Positions 1 to 7,989 of a stretch of DNA of 24,000 nt are shown in pieces; the stretch's first letter is position 1, and the number at the start of each line of letters is the position of its first letter. The stretch lies in assembly GCA_009699245.1 (NCBI GenBank), contig WLOQ01000008.1:31136-55135 (forward strand), written 5' to 3'. The translations under genes and the position numbers were made by a program. Origin of the DNA: Actinomycetota bacterium. Lineage in GTDB: Bacteria > Actinomycetota > Thermoleophilia > Solirubrobacterales > Solirubrobacteraceae. Below the pieces are notes generated by a model. The model was not told the DNA's origin. It saw only the letters and a list, made by a program, of their open reading frames with translations, and did no database searches.

Positions 1-12
1 CCCCGGAAAAGA

Positions 13-64
13 GTGACGCCCCGGAGTCCCGGCGGGGTCTGGTGCCGGGACTGCGGGGCGTCAC
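13..64. terminator. GC-rich imperfect hairpin, possibly the terminator of an off-window gene or a leader structure
   Basis: Arms 13-33 (GTGACGCCCCGGAGTCCCGGC) and 44-64 (GCCGGGACTGCGGGGCGTCAC) are complementary with one mismatch; the loop is 10 nt. On the minus strand the hairpin is followed by TCTTTTCC (positions 12-5). There is no T-tract on the plus strand. Confidence 0.3.
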
Positions 65-130
65 AGGGAGGAGGGTTAGAAAGATGACGCACCGTTCAGA
101 ATCACGCAAGTACATAGTTCCTCTGCCATC

Positions 131-147
131 TATAGTCAACGACTATG
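131..147 (+). promoter_or_regulatory. Putative LysR-type T-N11-A operator overlapping a -10-like hexamer and the lysR start codon
   Basis: ATAGTC-AAC-GACTAT dyad at 132-146, which fits T-N11-A. TATAGT (131-136) fits TAnnnT and lies 8 nt upstream of ATG 145. No Shine-Dalgarno is visible, which suggests a leaderless mRNA. A further ATAGT copy lies at 114-118. Confidence 0.35.
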
Positions 148-1041
148 GACCTTCGGCAGCTCGGATACCTCGTCGCCCTCGCTGAGGACGGGACGTTCAC
201 CGGGGCCGCCGCGCGCTCCCATGTATCGCAGCCGTCGCTCTCCCAGCAGATCCAGCGCCTGGAGGCCGAGCTGGGCATCGCGCTTGTCGATCGCACGACC
301 CGCCGCGCCTCGATGACGCAGGCCGGGACGGTGCTCGTCGAGCACGCCCGCCGCGCGATCGCGGAGATCGAGACGGCGCGCGCCGAGCTCGCCGACCTCG
401 TCGGCATCCAGTCGGGGCGCCTCACGATCGGCGCGACCCAGACGATCGGTTCCGTCGACCTCTCCGGGCTGCTCGCGCGCTTCCACCACCGGTATCCCGG
501 TGTCGAGCTGACCGTGCGCGAGGGCCTGAGCCTCGAGCTGCTCGACGCACTCAGCGCCGACGAGGTCGACCTCGCCTTCGTCACGACCGCCGGGGCGTTC
601 TTCACCCTCGCCGGGATCGACCCGCCGCCCGGGGTCGAGATGCAGGTCGTCGCCGAGGAGCCCCTCGTCGCGATCCTGCCGCCCGACCATCCGCTGGCGC
701 AGAGGCGCGAGCTCAAGGTCGCGGCGCTGCGCGACGAGCGCTTCGTCGGCTTCCGCATGGGAGCGACGATCCGCCGGCGCCTCAACCAGGTCGCCACGCA
801 GGCCGGCTTCACGCCGCGGCTGCTCTTCGAGACGAACGATGTGACGCGCATCCGCTCGCTCGTCGCCGAGGGCCTGGGGATCGCCATCCTCCCCCGCTCC
901 GACGCCGAGCGCCCCGGGCCGCTCGTCGCGATCGTGCCGCTGAACGAGAACCAGCTCGTCCATCAGGTGTCGCTCGCGCAGCGCAGCGACCGCCACCACT
1001 CACCGGCCGCGCGCGCGTTCCTCGAGATGACCCTCGCCTGA
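145..1041 (+). CDS. LysR-family transcriptional regulator
   Basis: 298-aa ORF. The N-terminal HTH MDLRQLGYLVALAEDGTFTGAAARSHVSQPSLSQQIQRLEAELG matches the LTTR consensus. The remainder has LysR substrate-binding-domain length and character. Confidence 0.9.
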   Translation: MDLRQLGYLVALAEDGTFTGAAARSHVSQPSLSQQIQRLEAELGIALVDRTTRRASMTQAGTVLVEHARRAIAEIETARAELADLVGIQSGRLTIGATQTIGSVDLSGLLARFHHRYPGVELTVREGLSLELLDALSADEVDLAFVTTAGAFFTLAGIDPPPGVEMQVVAEEPLVAILPPDHPLAQRRELKVAALRDERFVGFRMGATIRRRLNQVATQAGFTPRLLFETNDVTRIRSLVAEGLGIAILPRSDAERPGPLVAIVPLNENQLVHQVSLAQRSDRHHSPAARAFLEMTLA

Positions 1042-1095
1042 AGGCCGAGGGTCGCGCGGCGACGATGGTCCGGCCCGGCTAGACTGCGCCTCGCT

Positions 1096-1169
<74 letters not shown>

Positions 1170-1174
1170 CTCCC

Positions 1175-1210
1175 GAAAGCCCCTTGCCCAAGGGACTTTC
1201 GTCGTTTCTG
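1175..1210. terminator. Hairpin plus T-rich tail between tRNA-Arg and the convergent permease gene
   Basis: GAAAGCCCCTT (1175-1185), loop GCCC, AAGGGACTTTC (1190-1200); one mismatch. It is followed by GTCGTTTCTG. An A-rich 5' flank lets it act in both directions. Confidence 0.5.
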
Positions 1211-1220
1211 CGGCGGTGCG

Positions 1221-1931
1221 CTACTTCGCCGCCGGGGGAGCAGCGGGCGGCGGGATCACGACGCCGGTCGGCGTGTTCGAGCTGTGCGGGTCGAAGCACA
1301 CGTCGAACTCGAAGACCGGGTTGGGGACGTCGTTCCCCTTCGTGTCGGTGATCGTCATGAACCCGAGCATCGGGGCCAGCGCCGTTCCCCAGCTCGCGAT
1401 CACGAGCCGCAGTGCGGTCCCGGATGGGATGATCTGCCCTGAGAGGCCGCGAAGGTCCTGGCGGCCGACGAAGAGGACGCTCGCGCCGATCGTCACCGCG
1501 GCGATGAGGGCGGTCACGGTGACGGCGAAGAGCACCGCGGTCAGCGTCTTCGCCCAGAAGAGCTGCGCGCGGCTGACCGAGCGGGTGAGCACCGTCTTCC
1601 AGGTCCCGAGGTGGTCCTCGCTGGCGAAGATGTCGCCGGCGACCAGCGCCGTGAGCAGCGGGAACGCCCACTGCGCGGCAAAGCCGAGGATGAGGAGCGG
1701 GACCGCGTAGCCGCTGTCGTGGATGTGCCGGCCGAAGAGGCTGTCCTTCGGCGGCCGCTGCTGGCCCTTGACCGCGACGACGGCGATCACCGGAACGATG
1801 ACGCAGCAGGCGAGCGCCCAGCGGGTGCGAGACAGTGCGACGAGCTTGCGCAGCTCCCAGCCGAGAGCGTCGCGGAATGAGGCCGAGTGTCTCGCTGACG
1901 CCGCGCCAGTGCTCTGACGGCTGGCCGTCAT
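1221..1931 (-). CDS. ABC-2-type transporter permease-like membrane protein (orphan, probably C-terminally truncated)
   Basis: 236-aa ORF. It has the N-terminal WELRKLVALSRTRWAL motif typical of ABC-2 permeases and about 4 hydrophobic helices. It then ends in a non-hydrophobic, Pro-rich tail (TDTKGNDVPNPVFEFDVCFDPHSSNTPTGVVIPPPAAPPAAK). No ATPase gene is adjacent. Confidence 0.6.
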   Translation of the reverse strand: MTASRQSTGAASARHSASFRDALGWELRKLVALSRTRWALACCVIVPVIAVVAVKGQQRPPKDSLFGRHIHDSGYAVPLLILGFAAQWAFPLLTALVAGDIFASEDHLGTWKTVLTRSVSRAQLFWAKTLTAVLFAVTVTALIAAVTIGASVLFVGRQDLRGLSGQIIPSGTALRLVIASWGTALAPMLGFMTITDTKGNDVPNPVFEFDVCFDPHSSNTPTGVVIPPPAAPPAAK

Positions 1932-2064
1932 CGACGCGGCCGAACTCGAGCGCGATCAGCCAGTCGTAGTCGGCGATGTGATTGAGACACAAACGAGGAA
2001 CACTCACACCATGAGGTCGCTGGGCGGGCCCTGGATCTGACGCAGCGCGTAGATTCCCGCGCCC

Positions 2065-3477
2065 GTGACCAACCTCGCCGCCCAAGCTCCCGCAGGCCTC
2101 AACCGGCTGATGACGCCGCTCGTGATCCTCTGCATCGCGCAGTTCATGATCCAGCTCGACTTCACCATCGTGAACGTCGCACTCGAGCCGATCCAGTCGG
2201 ACCTCGGCTTCTCGGCCGGCGGCCTGCAATGGGTCGTGACGGGCTACGGGCTGACCTTCGGTTCGCTGCTCATCTTCGGCGGCCGCCTCGGCGACCACAT
2301 CGGCCGGCGACGGCTCTTCCTCATCGGCCTCGGCATCTTCGGCGTCGCGTCGGCCGTGTGTGCGCTCGCCGGGTCGCCCGCGCCGCTCGTCGCGGCGCGC
2401 ATCGTGCAGGGCGTCGGCGCGGCGCTGGTGGCGCCGATGGTGCTCGCGATCCTCACCGGCGTCTATACCGACGGCGCCGCGCAGGCCCGCGCGCTCGGCA
2501 TCTGGACCGCGTCGATGGCCGGCGGCGCGATGTCCGGAATCGTCCTCGGCGGGCTGCTGACCGACGCCTTCGGGTGGCGCGCCGCGTTCCTCGTCAACGT
2601 GCCGATCATCCTGCTGCTCCTCCCACTCGCGCGCCGCGTGCTGCCCGAGTCGCGCCCGGAGCACGCGCGCGGCCTCGACATCCCCGGAACCGCATGCATC
2701 ACGCTCGCGCTCGCGGCGCTCATCTTCGGGATGAGCAGCGGTGAGGAGCGCGGCTTCGGGTCGGCGATCACGATCGCCGCACTCGCGGCGGCGGTGCTCT
2801 TCGCGGCGGCGTTCTTCGCCGTCGAGCGCCGCGCGAGCGACCCAGCGGTGCCGCTCGCCTTCCTCGCCGCGCCGGTGCGCCGCACCTCGGCGCTCGTGTT
2901 GCTGCTCGTCAGCGGCGTGACGGTCGCCTACGTGTACTTCGTCGCGCTCTTCCTGCGCGGCGTGCTCGAGATGAGCGGCTCGACGACGTCGATCGCCTTC
3001 ATTCCCGGTCCGGTCGGCACGTTCATCTTCTCGCTCTTCATCACGCGCCACCTGATTGCGCGGTTCGGCCTGAAGACCGTCCTGCTCGCGGGGATCGTCA
3101 TGCTCGGCGTCGGCCAGCTCTGGCTCAGTGCGATTGCGAGCGACTCGTCGTACTGGACCGCCGTGCTCCCCGCGCTCATCCTCACCGGGTGCTCCTCGGG
3201 GCTCGTCGTCCCCGCGGTCGCCGCCGGGGTCGCGGCCGGAGCGACCCCGCGCGAGCGCGGTCTCGTCGGCGGCCTCGTTCCGACCTCCCAGCAGGTCGGC
3301 GGCGCGATCGGCGTCGCCGTGCTCGCGACGATCGCGGCGTCGGTCAGCGCGAGCCACGGCGGCGACCTCGCCACCGGGTACGGCCGCGGCTTCCTCGTGT
3401 CGGTGTTCGTCCTCGCGGCCCTGGCACTCCTCGTCGCGGTCACGTCGTTCCGCCCGCCCGAGTCCGCGCCGCACTAG
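2065..3477 (+). CDS. MFS transporter, DHA2 (EmrB/QacA-like, 14-TMS) drug/H+ antiporter family
   Basis: 470-aa highly hydrophobic ORF with a GTG start. MFS motif A is GGRLGDHIGRRRLFLIG. Length and helix count are typical of DHA2. Confidence 0.85.
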   Translation: MTNLAAQAPAGLNRLMTPLVILCIAQFMIQLDFTIVNVALEPIQSDLGFSAGGLQWVVTGYGLTFGSLLIFGGRLGDHIGRRRLFLIGLGIFGVASAVCALAGSPAPLVAARIVQGVGAALVAPMVLAILTGVYTDGAAQARALGIWTASMAGGAMSGIVLGGLLTDAFGWRAAFLVNVPIILLLLPLARRVLPESRPEHARGLDIPGTACITLALAALIFGMSSGEERGFGSAITIAALAAAVLFAAAFFAVERRASDPAVPLAFLAAPVRRTSALVLLLVSGVTVAYVYFVALFLRGVLEMSGSTTSIAFIPGPVGTFIFSLFITRHLIARFGLKTVLLAGIVMLGVGQLWLSAIASDSSYWTAVLPALILTGCSSGLVVPAVAAGVAAGATPRERGLVGGLVPTSQQVGGAIGVAVLATIAASVSASHGGDLATGYGRGFLVSVFVLAALALLVAVTSFRPPESAPH

Positions 3478-3487
3478 CTTGGAGGCC

Positions 3488-4906
3488 GTGACCGACACCG
3501 CCGCCCCGACCCTCCACGGCATCCGGCGGCTCGTGACCCCGCTCGCGGTCCTCTGCATCGCGCAGTTCATGCTCCAGCTCGACTACGCGATCGTGAACGT
3601 CGCGCTGAAGCCGATCCAGACGGACGTCGGCTTCTCGGATGTCGGCCTGCAGTGGGTCGTGACGGGCTACGCGCTGACGTTCGGCTCGCTGCTGCTGCTC
3701 GGTGGGCGCCTCGGCGACCGCACCGGGAGGCGACGCCTACTGCTCTTCGGGCTGCTCGTCTTCGGCGCCGCATCAGCCGTGTGCGCCGTCGCGCAGTCGC
3801 CGGCGATGCTCGTCGGCGGGCGCCTCGTCCAGGGCGTCGGCGCCGCACTCGTCGCGCCGATGGTGCTCGCGATGCTCACCGGCGTCTACTCCCAGGGCGC
3901 CGCGCAGGTGCGCGCCATCGGAATCTGGGCCGCCGCGACCGCCGGCGGCGCGATGTCGGGCGTCGTCCTCGGCGGACTCATGTCCGACTGGTTCGGCTGG
4001 CGCTCGATCTTCATCGTCAACATCCCGATCATCGCGGCGCTCGTGCCGCTCGCGCGGGCGGTCCTGCCGGAGATGCGTCCGGAGCAGGTGCGCAGCCTCG
4101 ACATCCCGGGCACGGCGAGCATCACGATCAGCCTCGCGGCGCTCATCTTCGCGATGAGCAGCGGCGAGGAGCGCGGCTTCGGCCACCCCGTCACCGTGGG
4201 GTCGCTCGCGATCTTCGCGGTGCTGCTCGCCGCCTTCATCGCGATCGAGCTGCGCGCCCGCGAGCCGGTGGTCCCCTTCCCGTTCCTCGTCGCGCCGATC
4301 CGCCGCACCTCGGTGCTCGCGATGCTCGTCGTCGGCGCCGTGACCGGCTCGTACATCTACACCGTGTCGCTCGCCCTGCGCAAGATCCTCGACTTCAGCG
4401 GGACGGAGACCTCGCTGAAGTTCATCCCCGGACCGGTCGCGATGGTCTTCTGCTCGCTCTTCCTCTCGCGGCGCCTGATCGCCCGCTTCGGGATGAAGCC
4501 CGTGCTGCTGCTCGGCCTCTTCATCCTCGGCGCCGGTCAGCTCTGGCTCGCCCAGCTCTCCGCGGACTCCGCCTATGCGAGCGGTGTCCTGCCCGCGCTC
4601 TTCCTGACGGGCGGCGGCGCCGGACTCATCGTGCCGACCCTCACCGCCGCCGTCACCGCCGGGGCCACGCCGCGCGAGCGGGGCCTCGTCGGCGGCCTCG
4701 TTCCGACCGCGCAGCAGATCGGCGCTGCGGTCGGGATCGCGGTGCTCGCGACGATCGCGGCGTCGGTGAGCGCGAACCAGGGCGGGGACCTCGCGGCAGG
4801 CTACGCGCGATCGTTCCTGATCTCGGTCGTGCTCGTCGCACTCGCCGCGATCCTCGTCGCGTTCACGTCCTTCCGCCCGCCCGAGCCTGAGCCCGAGCAG
4901 GCGTGA
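3488..4906 (+). CDS. MFS transporter, DHA2 family (tandem paralog of the preceding gene)
   Basis: The listed 592-aa ORF begins inside the previous gene. GTG 3488 (VTDTAAP...) is homologous to the paralog start (MTNLAAQ...). GGAGG lies at 3481-3485; TTG 3479 is an alternative start. Motif GGRLGDRTGRRRLLLFG. Roughly 70% aa identity to gene 2065-3477 by eye. Confidence 0.85.
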   Translation: MTDTAAPTLHGIRRLVTPLAVLCIAQFMLQLDYAIVNVALKPIQTDVGFSDVGLQWVVTGYALTFGSLLLLGGRLGDRTGRRRLLLFGLLVFGAASAVCAVAQSPAMLVGGRLVQGVGAALVAPMVLAMLTGVYSQGAAQVRAIGIWAAATAGGAMSGVVLGGLMSDWFGWRSIFIVNIPIIAALVPLARAVLPEMRPEQVRSLDIPGTASITISLAALIFAMSSGEERGFGHPVTVGSLAIFAVLLAAFIAIELRAREPVVPFPFLVAPIRRTSVLAMLVVGAVTGSYIYTVSLALRKILDFSGTETSLKFIPGPVAMVFCSLFLSRRLIARFGMKPVLLLGLFILGAGQLWLAQLSADSAYASGVLPALFLTGGGAGLIVPTLTAAVTAGATPRERGLVGGLVPTAQQIGAAVGIAVLATIAASVSANQGGDLAAGYARSFLISVVLVALAAILVAFTSFRPPEPEPEQA

Positions 4907-4916
4907 CGACTCGCCG

Positions 4917-5210
4917 CTAGGCGAGGTCCTCGAAGACGGTGAGCTTCGGCGTGGCGCCGGCCATGAGCTCGCCGAGACGGGCTGCGTCCTCGGGGCGCGC
5001 CATGCGCCACTGCATGTAGGCCTTGTGGGCCTCCGGCGAGGTCCAGCGCTCGAGCAGGAGCAGGACGCCGCGCTCGCGGTTCGCGTGCACACTGACGCTC
5101 TCGCAGCCCTCGAAGGCGCGGGTGTCGGGCAGGATCTCCTGGAACAGCTGCTGGGCCCCGTCGATCTTTGCGGCGTCGACGGGGATCTCGACGGTGATGA
5201 GAACGCTCAT
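4917..5210 (-). CDS. Antibiotic-biosynthesis-monooxygenase (ABM)-like dimeric alpha/beta-barrel protein
   Basis: 97 aa counted from ATG 5210 (MSVLITVEIPV...). It is preceded on the minus strand by AAGGAAG. Size and the pattern ...ERWTSPEAHKAYMQW... fit the ABM domain. The 28-codon upstream extension of the listed ORF has no support. Confidence 0.7.
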   Translation of the reverse strand: MSVLITVEIPVDAAKIDGAQQLFQEILPDTRAFEGCESVSVHANRERGVLLLLERWTSPEAHKAYMQWRMARPEDAARLGELMAGATPKLTVFEDLA

Positions 5211-5314
5211 GGCTTCCTTTGGTCGCTGGTGGGCCGGGGACCCTACCGGCGGCGCACACGGGGGCTGCGCCCGCCGCGATAGCCTCCCGCGCACCCCATG
5301 ACGGAGGACATGCC

Positions 5315-6295
5315 GTGAAGCAGGTCAGGCTGGGCAACACCGGGCTGCGCGTCTCGCGCCTGTGTCTCGGGATGATGAGTTACGGCAACGACTCCGACCG
5401 TCCGTGGGTGCTGGACGAGGAGGCCGCCGAGCCGATCATCAAGCGCGCCGTCGAAGCGGGCATCACGTTCTTCGACACCGCGAACGCCTACTCGCAGGGA
5501 ACGAGCGAGGTCGCCACGGGACGTCTGCTGCCGAAGTTCCTCAGCCGCGACGAGATGGTCGTCGCGACGAAGGTCTACATGCCGATGACGCCCGGCCCGA
5601 ATGGCGGGGGCCTGTCGCGCAAACACATCATGTCGGCGATCGACGCGTCGCTCACGCGCCTCGGCATGGACTACGTCGACCTCTACCAGATCCATCGCTG
5701 GAGCTACGGCACGCCGATCGAGGAGACAATGGAGGCGCTGAACGACATCGTCCGCGCCGGCAAGGCCCGCTACATCGGCGCGAGCAGCATGTTTGCCTGG
5801 CAGTTCATGAAGGCGCAGCAGGTCGCGAAGGAGCGCGGCTGGGCGCGGTTCATCTCGATGCAGAACCACTACAACCTCCTCTACCGCGAGGAGGAGCGCG
5901 AGATGCTCCCGATGTGCATCGACCAGGGCATCGGCGTGATCCCGTGGAGCCCGCTGGCGCGCGGCTGGCTCGCCGGGACGCGCACCCGCGAGGGCGAGCG
6001 CCGCACGACCCGCTCGGAGACCGACGCCTTCCAGGACGTCCTCTACGGCGCCGCGGAGGACTTCGACGTGATCGACCGGCTCGCCGAGGTCGCGGGCGCG
6101 CGTGGACTGCCGCAGGCGCAGGTCGGGCTCGCGTGGCTGCTCCACCGCCCCGCCGTCACGGCGCCGATCGTCGGCGCGACGAAGCTCTCTCACCTCGAGG
6201 ACGCGATCGCCGCCGAACAGACCGACCTCTCCGAGGAGGAGATGGCCCGCCTTGAGGAGCCGTACAAGCCGCATCCGGTGCTCGGGCACCAGTAG
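5315..6295 (+). CDS. Aldo/keto reductase family oxidoreductase
   Basis: GTG 5315 is preceded by GGAGGA (5303-5308). The N-terminus (M)KQVRLGNTGLRVSRLCLGMMSYG is the canonical AKR start. DTANAYS, YQIHRW and IPWSPLARGWL motifs are present. Confidence 0.9.
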   Translation: MKQVRLGNTGLRVSRLCLGMMSYGNDSDRPWVLDEEAAEPIIKRAVEAGITFFDTANAYSQGTSEVATGRLLPKFLSRDEMVVATKVYMPMTPGPNGGGLSRKHIMSAIDASLTRLGMDYVDLYQIHRWSYGTPIEETMEALNDIVRAGKARYIGASSMFAWQFMKAQQVAKERGWARFISMQNHYNLLYREEEREMLPMCIDQGIGVIPWSPLARGWLAGTRTREGERRTTRSETDAFQDVLYGAAEDFDVIDRLAEVAGARGLPQAQVGLAWLLHRPAVTAPIVGATKLSHLEDAIAAEQTDLSEEEMARLEEPYKPHPVLGHQ

Positions 6296-6316
6296 CCACC
6301 CGCCCGGTAGCGTGTC

Positions 6317-6341
6317 CGCGTCCCGCCGCCCGGCGGGCGCG
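6317..6341 (+). terminator. Short GC hairpin downstream of the AKR gene
   Basis: CGCG(T)CCCGCC / GGCGGGCGCG gives a 10-bp stem with one bulge and a 4-nt loop. There is no T-tract, so it may be only a weak or I-shaped terminator. Confidence 0.3.
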
Positions 6342-6364
6342 GGCCACACGCAAGGAGCTGCGAT

Positions 6365-7153
6365 ATGGGGATGACGGGACGCACGGCGATCGTGACGGGG
6401 GCGACCTCCGGTATCGGCGAGGCCACCGCGGAGCACTTCGCCGCACTCGGCGCCAAGGTCGTCGTCGCGGGCCGGGACGCTGAGCGCGGCCAGGCGGTCG
6501 TGGACCGCATCCGCGCGCACGGTGGCGAGGCGATCTTCGTCGCGCACGACCTCTCCGACCCTGAAGGCGCGAAGGCGCTCGTGGCGGCGGCCGAGGCGCA
6601 GTACGGCGTGATCGACATCGTCGTCGCCAACGCCGGGACCTTCTTCTTCGGTCCGCTGCCCGCCGTGACACTCGACGAGTTCGACACCGCGATGCGGATC
6701 AACGTGCGCGGCACCTACCTGCTCGCCCAGGCGGCACTGCCTGCGATGACGAAGAGCGACGCCGGGCGCTTCGTCCTCATGGGCACGTCGGGCGCCTCAC
6801 ACGGCGTCGCGATGGCCTCGCTCTACTGCATGAGCAAGGGCGCCCTGAAGGGCCTGATGGCGGCCCTCGTCCCCGAGTACGGGCCTGCGGGGATCACCGT
6901 GAACCTCATCGAGCCGGGCCTCGTCGAGACACCTCTCACCGCCCCGATGACCGGCACCGCGGAGGCGCGCGCGCCCTTCATCCCGCACCAGCCGACCGGC
7001 CGGATCGGCGTGCCGATGGACATCGCCCATACCGCCGCGATGCTCGCGGACGAGCTCGCCGGCCACATCAGCGGCCAGACGATCGTCGTCGATGGCGGCA
7101 ACACGCGCACCGCAAAGCACAGCGTGCTGCCACCGCCCCCGGACAAGCTCTAG
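6365..7153 (+). CDS. SDR-family oxidoreductase (short-chain dehydrogenase/reductase)
   Basis: AAGGAG lies 7 nt upstream of the ATG. TGATSGIG cofactor motif, ANAG, and a YCMSK catalytic Tyr-x3-Lys motif. Confidence 0.9.
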   Translation: MGMTGRTAIVTGATSGIGEATAEHFAALGAKVVVAGRDAERGQAVVDRIRAHGGEAIFVAHDLSDPEGAKALVAAAEAQYGVIDIVVANAGTFFFGPLPAVTLDEFDTAMRINVRGTYLLAQAALPAMTKSDAGRFVLMGTSGASHGVAMASLYCMSKGALKGLMAALVPEYGPAGITVNLIEPGLVETPLTAPMTGTAEARAPFIPHQPTGRIGVPMDIAHTAAMLADELAGHISGQTIVVDGGNTRTAKHSVLPPPPDKL

Positions 7154-7181
7154 GACGGTCCCCCGCCCTCGCGGCGCCGCG

Positions 7182-7940
7182 CTAGCCGAGCGGCGTCGCG
7201 TGGTGCTTCTTGCCGAGCCCGTCGTGGTAGAGGAGCACGTCGTCGGTGAGGACGACGAGCATGTGCTCCATGTCGAGGAACGACTCCTCGTCCGGTCGCA
7301 CGCGGCTCATGTACTCCGGCGATCCGAAGACCGTCGCGATGTCCTCGATGCGGGCGAAACCGATCTCCACTATCCCGTCCCACTGGGCGTCCATCTCGTT
7401 CTCGTACCCGTCGAGCGCGTGGTTCTGGACGTACTTCGTGACGAGACGGTCGGCCTCGGGGATGCCGAGGAAGATGTCCTTGTGGACGTGCTCCCAGTGG
7501 TGCCGGAAGTCGGCCCGCGTGGTGCCTTCCTTGTGACGGATGGCCGCCACGATCTTCACGGTCGTCGCGCCGGTGTCGCGCCCGACGAGCTCGCGGCAGA
7601 AGAGCGTGCGGTCGGCGATCGGCCCTTCGAACACGTCGAGCTCGTCGTCCATCAGCTCCTGGATGCGCGGATCCTCGAGCGCGGCAGGCAAGGCGTCCTC
7701 GCCGCGGAACCACACCATGCCCACGCCGTCGTACTCGTCCTGCTGGGCGACCTCGGCGAAGCCGGTCGGCTCGATGACCGAGCGCGGCAGCACGCGGCAC
7801 TGGCGGTAGTGCTCGATCTGGGCGAACAGCTCGAGATTGCGGGCGAAGCGCCCGTGCTGGCGCCAGCGCTCGGTCCACTCCTCACAGGAGTACGCCGCAC
7901 CGCGCTTCGTGATGTAGATCTGCTTCGGCTTCACGTCCAT
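7182..7940 (-). CDS. Tandem double-EthD-domain protein (dimeric alpha/beta-barrel superfamily), function unknown
   Basis: 252 aa from ATG 7940 (MDVKPKQIYITKRG...). It contains two repeats of the EthD-like pattern. The clearest is VKIVAAIRHKEGTTRADFRHHWEHVH...YVQNHAL...WDGIVEIGF...SPEY...DEESFLD. The upstream part of the listed 308-aa ORF is Arg/Cys-rich with no support. Confidence 0.7.
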   Translation of the reverse strand: MDVKPKQIYITKRGAAYSCEEWTERWRQHGRFARNLELFAQIEHYRQCRVLPRSVIEPTGFAEVAQQDEYDGVGMVWFRGEDALPAALEDPRIQELMDDELDVFEGPIADRTLFCRELVGRDTGATTVKIVAAIRHKEGTTRADFRHHWEHVHKDIFLGIPEADRLVTKYVQNHALDGYENEMDAQWDGIVEIGFARIEDIATVFGSPEYMSRVRPDEESFLDMEHMLVVLTDDVLLYHDGLGKKHHATPLG

Positions 7941-7989
7941 GCGGCGAACGCTATTGCATCCGCGGGGCCCTCGGGGATAGCGTCGCGGC
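7941..7989. promoter_or_regulatory. 49-bp divergent promoter region with mirror-image -10 hexamers
   Basis: Inverted repeat ACGCTAT (7948-7954) / ATAGCGT (7977-7983). Each arm reads TAGCGT (TAnnnT) on its own strand. The hexamers lie 6 nt upstream of ATG 7990 and 7 nt upstream of ATG 7940. Neither gene has a Shine-Dalgarno. Confidence 0.35.

Noticed and set aside
3128-3487. N-terminal extensions of listed ORFs: 3128-3487, 5219-5314, 5211-5294, 7941-8108, 12174-12218, 13069-13449 and 13793-13843.
   Set aside because: The extensions overlap upstream genes or promoters and are Arg/Pro-rich. They precede internal starts that have an RBS or a -10 box and that match the expected family N-termini.
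5298-5318. A six-codon upstream mini-ORF (ATG ACG GAG GAC ATG CCG TGA) whose stop overlaps the AKR GTG start (GTGA).
   Set aside because: It contains the AKR Shine-Dalgarno itself and has no RBS of its own. It is most likely coincidental.
5315-7153. The AKR and SDR genes as retinal or retinol-handling enzymes serving the heliorhodopsin.
   Set aside because: They lie 9 kb away in a different transcription unit. They belong to very broad families, and no carotenoid cleavage or synthesis genes are present. Nothing in the sequence supports the link.
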